Shown here one piece after another: positions 20,501-27,260 of a DNA stretch of 47,053 bases. Under the pieces are notes generated by a model. That model was not told where the DNA came from. It ran no database searches and was given only the letters and a program-made list of their open reading frames with translations. Position numbers and translations under genes: made by a program. Source of the DNA: Bacilli bacterium (lineage in GTDB: Bacteria; Bacillota_I; Bacilli_A; RF39; UBA660); NCBI GenBank assembly GCA_029100965.1, contig JAQXQC010000038.1, forward strand, positions 1-47,053, written 5' to 3'. Position 1 is the stretch's first letter; every line of letters begins with the position of its first letter.

Positions 20501-20712
20501 TGACAGGTGTTAGTGCTGGTCAAGTAACCATTACAGTTAAAGCATCAAATGGTATGGAAAGTACTATAACTTTAAACATTATTGATAAATCAAACGGAAA
20601 AGTAAGTAGTCCTAAAACTGGTGTAGTGCCAATTTCTATCTTTGGTGGTATAGCTTCAGTTTTAATCTTTGGAATAGCTTTTGTTTTAAAGAAAAAAATT
20701 GATTTAAAGTAG
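17566..20712 (+). CDS. Cell-wall-anchored scaffoldin-like protein: signal peptide, cohesin, ten Big_2 domains, SPKTG sorting signal
   Basis: TTG start 7 nt after a GGAGGAGG RBS (alternative ATG at 17593). Cohesin-like FTLKTDNTKLERGQEFTISVETSNMP...ITYDTDAFEL...NGILHTVTFTVKDSAKGGKYEFQL. Ten Big_2 repeats. C-terminal SPKTG, then a TM helix, then KKK. Confidence 0.9.
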   Translation: MKRIQKSQKMKAQRKVKKGVLGLGIFLSCFLAAIVYVCAADVPTFTLKTDNTKLERGQEFTISVETSNMPDSTELADIITYDTDAFELSDYDDTTANLTKKDVTKLIVPSEEDGMVAFIMGVNDDALEAGKRINYNGILHTVTFTVKDSAKGGKYEFQLNSSLNNVDTEIDTKSQNLSVDVVIPVDQTSVSLAKDTFELNKGETAQINVNYAPADTTDSKEFTYSGYNDKIISVSSDGKITALSAGTTTITVNAFGKDYTANVTVTNHIKSVSLDESTLELAKGNSKTLVATINPSDTSDSKTITWTSSDKNVATVDENGKINAVGVGTANIKATTVNGMEAICKVTVIVPLTNATLSSSNLTVEKGESRKLSVTLEPKDTTVNDIQWTSSDESIAAVDENGNVTGISNGTAKITAKVGNFTLECNVTVVISLKDITLSDTDIKLLPTQKKKIDVVYNPTDTTDNKTITWDSNNKNIATVSSDGTITAVASGTTTITAKIGNITKNVNVKVLVPIDNVIIQPSSDITLDKGKSTTLSVSFYPDNAEEDKTVIWSSDKESVATVDKNGKVTAISGGKAVITGKIGSHVVTANITVEVPVNKVELNKKTLNLEKGSNEKLIATIDPTDATRKDIVWSSNANEVASVSSDGVVTAKKNGIAIITATVDGKSVDCTVNVSTSVQSVSLNKTTVTLENGKTTELVATVNPVDATYDKIEWTSSDKSIATVVDGVVTAKKNGKATITATVGGKSASATVQVITLIDKFEISKSSISIVKGKTYQLEITISPSDTTESKVVTWESANKNIATVDKNGVVTGVSKGTTKITGKLENGKTVTCDVEVTIIPVDSISFENRVVDALKGKKLTLKLNINPVDATEIEDISYTSDDEEIATVDKNGVVTPLKKGEVTITAKMGNYTATTKIVVDEIPLESIALISTSKNLNVGEKLKLNVVLNPEGATDEVTFSYQSSNEKIATVDENGNVTGVSAGQVTITVKASNGMESTITLNIIDKSNGKVSSPKTGVVPISIFGGIASVLIFGIAFVLKKKIDLK
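17686..18114 (+). other. Cohesin module 1
   Basis: The spacing of hydrophobic and beta-strand signatures matches the cohesin jelly-roll pattern; read by eye only. Confidence 0.65.
18115..20600 (+). repeat. Ten tandem Big_2 (bacterial Ig-like group 2) domain repeats, each about 83 aa (about 250 nt)
   Basis: Recurring V.SVSL....L..G....L.ATI.P.DT.DK.I.W.SSD..IATVD.NG.VTA...G.A.ITA pattern, counted ten times. Confidence 0.9.
20608..20709 (+). other. Sortase sorting signal: SPKTG (20608-20622), hydrophobic helix, basic tail
   Basis: SPKTG-VVPISIFGGIASVLIFGIAFVL-KKKIDLK. Confidence 0.85.
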
Positions 20713-20720
20713 TAGAAATG

Positions 20721-20750
20721 AAGGGAACTATTATTTAGTTCCTTTTATTT
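20721..20750 (+). terminator. Rho-independent terminator
   Basis: AAGGGAACTA-TTATT-TAGTTCCTTT, a 10-bp stem (one G-U pair) plus a T-rich tail. Confidence 0.7.
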
Positions 20751-20810
20751 CTAGATTATGTGTACTTAATTATAACTTTATAATTGGTGGAGTTTTTAAA
20801 AGGAGTGAAT

Positions 20811-22325
20811 ATGGGGATTAAAGATAATTTTAAAAGGGTTTTGTTAATTATTTTATGTTTATTTACTTTAGATAGGAAAGTAATGGCTGAGTCGTATCAA
20901 GAGGTAATTGATGATATTATCAAGGATAACAAAATAGTAGTTAATAGCGTTATTCCAAAATCTTATAGTGAGGCATATACTTTTCTTAAGTATAGTATTC
21001 AATCAAACAATAAATTTAAGCAATCAAATTATTCAATTAGTGGTCTTAGTTTTAACCCTGATCAAATTAATTCTCAATTTGAAGGAGTTTATAGTTTATC
21101 TATCTGTGAAAATAGTGTGTCTAATGGTATTATAACGTGTGAAAAAGAGCATAAGTATGAAGTTAATGTAGTTTTTGATGATTCTAAAATAGATAAGTCA
21201 ATTTTAAGTAAGATAAATACTTATGATGCTGAAATTCCAAAGGGAAAGCAATATAATGTATGGAATGGTAATCCGTATGAAAATGTAGTATTTATAGATG
21301 ATATGGAGTTATTAAATTATATTTCTAAGATTAATAGTGAATATAATGACTTGATGGATTTAGATAATATTTTTAACATTTTGCGTTTTAATTCAGAATA
21401 TAAAAAGCTTACTAAGAATGTAAATTTTGCTGATTCTGGTAATGCTGCTGGCAATGGTTATGGCATTTTTTCTTCAATTGGAAGTAATGTTATTTATGAA
21501 ATTGATGGTTATATATATGGAATTTCTTCATTCCAAATTAGAGAATTTATTCTTAATGCAATATATGTAGATGAAAAGGTCGATATAACTAATAAAGATC
21601 AAGTGTTAAGTGCAGTTCAAGCAAGATTGAATGATAATTTTTCAAATGATAATTTTAATGTTTCTATTGGTGATAATACAAATTTGGAATCTTTGATAGA
21701 TGAGATACAAGAAGAATATTTATCTCCGTATGGAATGCCGTTAGATGAATCTAAAATTTCAAATCAAATTGTAAATATTAGTTTTGGAGGATATGCTTAT
21801 CCATTTTTAGTTATTCAAGATTCTTCTAAAGTTAAAAATCTTACTTTAGGTAATGTTGTAACTACTGACTTTTTAACTAATGCTTCTATTGAATATAATT
21901 CTAAATTAATACCTGCAGATTCTCAAATAAAATTAGTTCAAAATAATAATAATAGTAAAATTTTAAAAAAATTGAGATTAGCTAATGGAGACACCTTTAA
22001 TATAAATTTGTTTTCTAATACTGTTAATGATTATTTTCAATCAACTTCTAAAGATAATTTTAAAATTTCAATTCCAATCAGTGATAATTTAAAAAATAAA
22101 GATTTATTGGCTTATAGTATTGATGATGATGGAAATGTTGAAGAATATAATATTACAATAAACGATAATTATGCAATTTTTGAAAGTGATCATCTTGGGG
22201 AATATACAATTGGCTACCTTTCTAAAAGTGATGATACTAATCTAATTGGAGATATGAATAATAATGGTAAACTTGATTTAAATGATGTTATTATTTTATT
22301 GAAAAAAGTATTAGGAATAATTTAA
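20811..22325 (+). CDS. Secreted protein D with a single-repeat (half) dockerin
   Basis: The ATG at 20811 follows an AGGAG RBS. Signal peptide; unknown domain of about 470 aa; C-terminal GDMNNNGKLDLNDVIILLKKVL, present once. Confidence 0.8.
   Translation: MGIKDNFKRVLLIILCLFTLDRKVMAESYQEVIDDIIKDNKIVVNSVIPKSYSEAYTFLKYSIQSNNKFKQSNYSISGLSFNPDQINSQFEGVYSLSICENSVSNGIITCEKEHKYEVNVVFDDSKIDKSILSKINTYDAEIPKGKQYNVWNGNPYENVVFIDDMELLNYISKINSEYNDLMDLDNIFNILRFNSEYKKLTKNVNFADSGNAAGNGYGIFSSIGSNVIYEIDGYIYGISSFQIREFILNAIYVDEKVDITNKDQVLSAVQARLNDNFSNDNFNVSIGDNTNLESLIDEIQEEYLSPYGMPLDESKISNQIVNISFGGYAYPFLVIQDSSKVKNLTLGNVVTTDFLTNASIEYNSKLIPADSQIKLVQNNNNSKILKKLRLANGDTFNINLFSNTVNDYFQSTSKDNFKISIPISDNLKNKDLLAYSIDDDGNVEEYNITINDNYAIFESDHLGEYTIGYLSKSDDTNLIGDMNNNGKLDLNDVIILLKKVLGII
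22248..22322 (+). other. Single dockerin repeat of protein D
   Basis: One Ca-loop plus helix; the stop codon follows immediately. Confidence 0.7.
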
Positions 22326-22333
22326 TTTAAGTT

Positions 22334-22367
22334 AAAATCTTTTTCAAGAAATTGAAGAAGATTTTTT
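22334..22367 (+). terminator. Rho-independent terminator
   Basis: AAAATCTTTTTC / GAAGAAGATTTT 12-bp stem (one G-U pair), 8-nt loop, T run. Confidence 0.6.
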
Positions 22368-22407
22368 GCATTACTAAGTACTTAAAGTGAAACCTGTTTT
22401 TAAATAA

Positions 22408-22436
22408 TTTACATCTTAATATATACATGTTATAAT
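22408..22436 (+). promoter_or_regulatory. Candidate extended -10 promoter of the cohesin2-srtB-CAP operon
   Basis: TTTACA, 17-nt spacer, TGtTATAAT (TATAAT at 22431-22436). Confidence 0.5.
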
Positions 22437-22465
22437 GAAAACGTAGAGAATGTTAGGAGGTAGAG

Positions 22466-23287
22466 ATGAGAAAAAATGTTTTTTTGATACAAATTTTTCT
22501 TATTATACTATTATTTGTATTTTGTAATAATGTTTATGCAGAAGAGAAAACTGTTTTTTCAATGAATACTGTTACTTCATCATCTGGGGAAGATGTAACA
22601 CTTAAGTTGAGAATGGATAATAATCCAAAATTTGGATTGCTTTTTGTAAAAATATTGTATGATACAAATAAGTTAGAATATGTTGATTCAGAAGTAGTTG
22701 GATTAAAGAAAGCTTTGATAAAAGGTGTTGATCAAAATAAACAGAAAAATGTTGTATTGTATGCTTTAACAATTGATTCTAATAAATTGTTAGATGATAC
22801 TGGGGATATTTTAAAACTTAAATTAAAGATTAAAAATGATTGTAAAGAAGACACAGAAGTAAAGATAGATGTTACGGATTATGGTGTTGATGAAAATACT
22901 TCACTAGATTATGAAGTAAAAAATGGCATGGTGAAAGTAAAAAAGAATATAAAAAGTATAGATATCAGTAAAAATAATGATTTTTCTATTGCAGAAGAAG
23001 TGAAAGAGAAAAACTTAAAAAATATTACTTGGACAAGTAGTGATGAGAAAATTGCTACAGTTGATAAAAATGGAAATGTTCATTTTAAGAAAGATGGAAA
23101 TGTAACAATAACAGCGCGTGATGGAAATAAGGTTGTTTTATCAAAAGAATATTATGGTAATGAAAAGATAAAAAAACAGTTATCTATCTCGAAAAAAGTA
23201 TTATTTATTGCAGCAGGAATATTGCTTGTATTTGTAATTTTATTAATCAGTTTGTTTATACGAAAAAAGAGGAAAAATATAAAGTGA
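22466..23287 (+). CDS. Membrane-anchored cohesin protein: signal peptide, cohesin, one Big_2 domain, C-terminal TM helix
   Basis: Cohesin-like FSMNTVTSSSGEDVTLKLRMDNNPKFGLLFVKILYDTNKLEYV...GDILKLKLKIKNDCKEDTEVKIDV; Big_2 ITWTSSDEKIATVDKNGNV; C-terminal VLFIAAGILLVFVILLISLFI-RKKRK with no PxTG motif. Confidence 0.8.
   Translation: MRKNVFLIQIFLIILLFVFCNNVYAEEKTVFSMNTVTSSSGEDVTLKLRMDNNPKFGLLFVKILYDTNKLEYVDSEVVGLKKALIKGVDQNKQKNVVLYALTIDSNKLLDDTGDILKLKLKIKNDCKEDTEVKIDVTDYGVDENTSLDYEVKNGMVKVKKNIKSIDISKNNDFSIAEEVKEKNLKNITWTSSDEKIATVDKNGNVHFKKDGNVTITARDGNKVVLSKEYYGNEKIKKQLSISKKVLFIAAGILLVFVILLISLFIRKKRKNIK
22544..22939 (+). other. Cohesin module 2
   Basis: Same signature layout as cohesin 1 but highly divergent in sequence. 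Confidence 0.6.
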
Positions 23288-24021
23288 AAAAGAAACAAAT
23301 ATTGTTGAATTTATTGCTAGTGTTATTAATTTTCTTGCTTGGAATATGCATTTATAATATTTTTAAATTGTATAGAGATAATAACAGTACTTCAAAAATT
23401 ATTAGAAATATCGAAAATAAAGTTGTTATTCCAAAAATTGATCCTAGTGATGCTAGTATAATTCAACAAGAAGATAAGTTAGAACTAGAAAATGACTTTT
23501 CTAAATTAAGTAAAATAAATTCAGATACAGTTGCGTGGATAACGATAGAAAAAACGAATATTAATTATCCAATTGTTCAAACGACTACTAATAGTTATTA
23601 TTTGAATCATTCTTTTGATAAATCTTTAAATGTCAATGGTTGGATTTTCTTAAATACATTAAATGCTGGCGATTTTAGTGATAAAAATACAATAGTTTTT
23701 GGACATAATACGAATGGAAGTACTATGTTTAGTCAGTTAAAGGGAATTTATAATGGTAAGTATGGAAATGAAATAAAAATTTATATTTATTTAAGAGATA
23801 TTGTTTATAGGTATGATACTTTTTCAGTATTTTTAACAGATGAAAATGATGAAAATCCACTGGATAAATTTATAGATTATGAAAAGATATTAGAATATCA
23901 AAAACAAAGTAAGGTTAAATTTAATGTTAGTGTCAATGAAAATGAAGATATATTAACGTTGTCTACTTGTTATAATACAACAAATCAGAAAGTTATATTA
24001 ATGGCAAAGAGACTAAATTAA
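23284..24021 (+). CDS. srtB: Class B sortase
   Basis: N-terminal TM anchor; His motif TIVFGHNT; catalytic Cys in ILTLSTC; C-terminal Arg (MAKR). The GTG start overlaps the upstream stop. Confidence 0.85.
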   Translation: MKKKQILLNLLLVLLIFLLGICIYNIFKLYRDNNSTSKIIRNIENKVVIPKIDPSDASIIQQEDKLELENDFSKLSKINSDTVAWITIEKTNINYPIVQTTTNSYYLNHSFDKSLNVNGWIFLNTLNAGDFSDKNTIVFGHNTNGSTMFSQLKGIYNGKYGNEIKIYIYLRDIVYRYDTFSVFLTDENDENPLDKFIDYEKILEYQKQSKVKFNVSVNENEDILTLSTCYNTTNQKVILMAKRLN

Positions 24022-24058
24022 TGAAAAATATTATAAGTGAAATTTTACGGAGGAAGAA

Positions 24059-26266
24059 ATGAAAAAACGAATTATTGTACTATTTTCTTTATTATTATTT
24101 TTAGCAATTCCAAAGGTTTATGCCTTATCTACTGATGAGTTGTTAATTGTAAATGGTAATGTAATTAAAAAAAATCATACAATAGAAGATGTAAAAAAAA
24201 TGTTTGGTGATCCAATTGTTACTACAAAGTCTGCGTTTGGAGGAGAAGCATATTCTTTTAGTAGTTATGGGGATAATACTTATTATTTGTATATTGAAAC
24301 AAATGCGGATGGTGTTATTAAATCTTATGGTGCTTTGTATGGTAATTTTGAATCAAAGAATCGTAAGTATGGGGATAGTTGGTCAGATAATGGTTATGGT
24401 ATGGGAGGAGATCAAATAACTGATAATAGTGATAAAGTTTTTGGAAGTCTAGATTATAATACTACTCGTACAGAATATAATGATTATTGGAAAAAGTTAG
24501 TAGAGAATAATCGCTATCTTTATGATATGCAAAAACATACAATTGAGGCTAAAAGAATTTATAATTTAGTACAAAATTATGAATTTACGCAAACTTATGT
24601 CAGTGAAGATTTATTTGATATTGCATGGCAGTTATACACGAATAATTCTTCTTTGTATGATTATGCTAAAATTTCTAATAATCAGAAAAAAATTAGTTTG
24701 ATTAATAGTAGATCTGTTAACTACAATAATTTTTCTTTGCCTAATCCATTAAGATTATTTTCAACTGCCAAAAATTATTTCAAGGGCAGTGGTTATAAAT
24801 ATTTATTTTATGGAGTTTACCCTAATGATAATGGAACTTGGGCTTCAGAAACCTTATTTATTGATCCAACTTTTTTAGATAAAAAGGTCGAAGTACCTTT
24901 AACTAATGAAGAAAAAATAAAGTTTGCAAATGTTAAGAATCAGTATTCTATTTATAAAACGCATGCTTCAAAAATTGAAAATCCAATAGAAGAAAAATGG
25001 GATTATTCTACTTTGCCTTTAAAAGAAGGAAAATACTCAGAAGATTACTTACAATTAGTTACTGAATATTTAAATATTGCTAGAATAGGGATTGGGTTGA
25101 ATCAATTAAAGTTAAATTTGGATATGTCTGATGCTGCTCAGAAAAAAGCTGCTTTAGTTATGTACAATAATATCAATAATTTAGGGAGTGGTCATTTTCC
25201 TGAAAAACCTAGTGGAGTTACGGATGAATATTATAAAAAAGCACAATCTTATATGAATGAAAATTTATACAGTGGTGATCCACAGACAAGTATCATTAAT
25301 GCTTTGAATGATGCTTATGGTGATCCTGTAACATGTGGGCATCGATATAATTTACTTAATCCATATTATTTAGAGTGGGGGGTTGGCTCTGTAGGATCAG
25401 GTATTTCTATGGGATGGCAAGGAGCACATAAGTTTTCAGGAATGGGTTCATCTAATGTAGATTTAGTTGCATGGCCTAGTAATGGCATTTTTCCAATCGA
25501 TTTTGCTTATAATGGTATTGGAAATTGGACAGCTTATTTCTTTAATGGTTATCGGTCTACAAGTGATACTTATGTGGTGATTAAGAGGCTGAACGATAAT
25601 AGTGAATATATTATTAATAAAGATAATTTATCTTCTACAAAAGTATTAAGTTTGAATGGTAGTTTAGTAACGTTTAGGGATGATGCTATAACTTATACTG
25701 ATGGGGACGTTTTTGAAATTAATATTTATAATTTGAATGATGGTTCTGGAAATTTAGTAAATTATGCTTATCGGAGTGTTTTTTACAATTTTCCTAATGT
25801 TGATAATATTGTTGAGGCAACAGATATTTCTCTAAGTCAGGATAATGTTACAATCAAAAAGGGAGAATTAGTTCGTGTAATTGCTAAAGTATTACCAGAA
25901 GATTCTAATAATAAGTTAATGAATTTTAAAATCAAAAATTCATCAATTGCAACTGTTAGGCAAGATGGAACTATTGTTGGTGTTAAACCTGGAAAAACAT
26001 CAGTTACTGTTGAGAGTGGAAATGTTTCTAGAGTAATTAATGTTAATGTTAGTGATGAAAATGGAAATGTTCCAGATTATTTGATGGGTGACATGAATCA
26101 AAACGGGAAAATAGATTTGAAGGATATTATTATTTTAATTAAAATATATATTGGTTCAAAGCAACAAAGTGATTTAGATCTTACTATTGGGGATATGAAT
26201 CAAAATGGTAAAATAGACTTATCTGATATTATATTGACCCTTAAATTATATGTAAATCAAAAATAG
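24059..26266 (+). CDS. Secreted CAP/SCP-domain protein with Big_2 and a two-repeat dockerin (protein F)
   Basis: Signal peptide VYA-LS; CAP-like region at about 25061-25394 ending GHRYNLLNPYYLEWGVG; Big_2 at about 25818-26052; dockerin GDMNQNGKIDLKDIIILIKIYI / GDMNQNGKIDLSDIILTLKLYV. Confidence 0.8.
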   Translation: MKKRIIVLFSLLLFLAIPKVYALSTDELLIVNGNVIKKNHTIEDVKKMFGDPIVTTKSAFGGEAYSFSSYGDNTYYLYIETNADGVIKSYGALYGNFESKNRKYGDSWSDNGYGMGGDQITDNSDKVFGSLDYNTTRTEYNDYWKKLVENNRYLYDMQKHTIEAKRIYNLVQNYEFTQTYVSEDLFDIAWQLYTNNSSLYDYAKISNNQKKISLINSRSVNYNNFSLPNPLRLFSTAKNYFKGSGYKYLFYGVYPNDNGTWASETLFIDPTFLDKKVEVPLTNEEKIKFANVKNQYSIYKTHASKIENPIEEKWDYSTLPLKEGKYSEDYLQLVTEYLNIARIGIGLNQLKLNLDMSDAAQKKAALVMYNNINNLGSGHFPEKPSGVTDEYYKKAQSYMNENLYSGDPQTSIINALNDAYGDPVTCGHRYNLLNPYYLEWGVGSVGSGISMGWQGAHKFSGMGSSNVDLVAWPSNGIFPIDFAYNGIGNWTAYFFNGYRSTSDTYVVIKRLNDNSEYIINKDNLSSTKVLSLNGSLVTFRDDAITYTDGDVFEINIYNLNDGSGNLVNYAYRSVFYNFPNVDNIVEATDISLSQDNVTIKKGELVRVIAKVLPEDSNNKLMNFKIKNSSIATVRQDGTIVGVKPGKTSVTVESGNVSRVINVNVSDENGNVPDYLMGDMNQNGKIDLKDIIILIKIYIGSKQQSDLDLTIGDMNQNGKIDLSDIILTLKLYVNQK
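26087..26263 (+). other. Dockerin module (two repeats) of protein F
   Basis: Two near-identical DMNQNGKIDLxD loops. Confidence 0.8.
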
Positions 26267-26392
26267 AAAAATATTAATGATACTTTATTTCGTTTACTTT
26301 TTAGAAATTAAGTATCGAATTAGTCTTCAAAATAACTAATTAGATATAATTACATTTTTTTGAAAAAAATTAAACTAAACTACTCTTAGAAG

Positions 26393-26443
26393 GGTAGTTG
26401 CTAGTGAGTTGTATTTCTTACTGGGAACTACCTTTTCTTTTTG
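26393..26443 (+). terminator. Rho-independent terminator T1 (long hairpin)
   Basis: GGTAGTT (26393-99) pairs with AACTACC (26426-32). Inner AGTGAG/CTTACT pairing. Followed by TTTTCTTTTT. Confidence 0.6.
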
Positions 26444-26480
26444 CTGATTTGAAGTATTAAAGTCAACTCACCCAATGTAG

Positions 26481-26510
26481 CTATCTCTTTATTGGAGATG
26501 GTTTTTTCTT
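26481..26510 (+). terminator. Rho-independent terminator T2
   Basis: CTATCTCT-TTATT-GGAGATGG (8 bp, two G-U pairs) followed by TTTTTTCTT. Confidence 0.6.
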
Positions 26511-26527
26511 ATGTGCTTGGTAGTGGC

Positions 26528-26634
26528 GAGGGGCAGTTGTATTTTAGTTTTTAACTATAAAATAAAAGATAAAGAAGAGAGCAAAGTTACTGTAACTATT
26601 GTTTATAGTAATTTTGCCCTCTTTTTTATTTTTG
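26528..26634 (+). promoter_or_regulatory. Long imperfect hairpin plus T tract (terminator, attenuator or other structured element) upstream of the sigma-like gene
   Basis: GAGGGGCA (26528-35) pairs with TGCCCTC (26615-21). Inner ACTATAAA/TTTATAGT pairing. A 13-bp palindrome AGTTACTGTAACT (26585-97). Followed by TTTTTTATTTTT. Confidence 0.4.
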
Positions 26635-26710
26635 ATATTTATTTTTTTTGGATTAGAGGACCACCATCTCTTATCAATTTGAAAAATCGAATTGATAGGA
26701 GGATATGAAA

Positions 26711-27187
26711 ATGGATTTACGTCCAAAAAGAAGAAAAAATAAAGATAATCCATATAAATTAAGTTGCATAAAAGATAAAAATTTATATTTTATTACTTTT
26801 AAAGATAGTAGAGGAATACTTCAAAATGTAAAAGTAACTTTAGAAGTATTTAATTTATTTAATGATTATGAACTTAAAGATATATCATTTATGAATGAAT
26901 ATGATAATCATATAGAACATATTAATCTTGAAGAGGAGCAGGTATATATGAGAATGTCTGATAAACCTAATGATTTATCTCAACAAGTACTAGAAAAAAT
27001 TAGAGTTAAAGAACTAATGCTAGAGATAAAAAAATTGCCAGAAATTCAGAGAAGAAGGTTTGTTAAGTATTATTTTGAGAATAAAACTTATGATGAAATC
27101 GCTTTAGAGGAGCATTGTACTAAAATGGCAATAAAGTTTAGTGTGGATAAAGCATTTGAAAAAATTTCAAAAAAATTACAAAAATAG
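26711..27187 (+). CDS. Sigma-70 region-4-like ICE regulator
   Basis: LPEIQRRRFVKYYFENKTYDEIALEEHCTKMAIKFSVDKA is a region 4 HTH. The AGGAGG RBS at 26697-702 fits the ATG at 26711 better than the ORF-track ATG at 26705. Confidence 0.7.
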   Translation: MDLRPKRRKNKDNPYKLSCIKDKNLYFITFKDSRGILQNVKVTLEVFNLFNDYELKDISFMNEYDNHIEHINLEEEQVYMRMSDKPNDLSQQVLEKIRVKELMLEIKKLPEIQRRRFVKYYFENKTYDEIALEEHCTKMAIKFSVDKAFEKISKKLQK

Positions 27188-27212
27188 GCTATACTTTTGG
27201 CTTCTAACTTAG

Positions 27213-27260
27213 GAATAAGATGAGGAGGTATAAATACTTCCAAAGTCTTATTCTTTTTTT
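27213..27260 (+). terminator. Rho-independent terminator
   Basis: GAATAAGA / TCTTATTC outer stem, GGAGGTA / TACTTCC inner stem, then seven Ts. Confidence 0.75.

Noticed and set aside
14267-26266. Interpreting the cargo as a cellulosome or polysaccharide-degrading complex
   Set aside because: I recognise no glycoside hydrolase, carbohydrate esterase, lyase or CBM signature in any dockerin or cohesin protein. A profile search is needed to be certain.
26474-26486. TAGCTA as a CS-6-like element of an ssoA-type single-strand origin
   Set aside because: Only 4 of 6 positions match TAGCGT, and no RS-B-like element was recognised. It is kept only as an alternative hypothesis in the hairpin finding.
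26511-26753. ORFs 26511-26708 (+) and 26544-26753 (-)
   Set aside because: They span the hairpin and T-tract region, have no RBS and give implausible peptides. The region is better explained as structured non-coding DNA or RNA.
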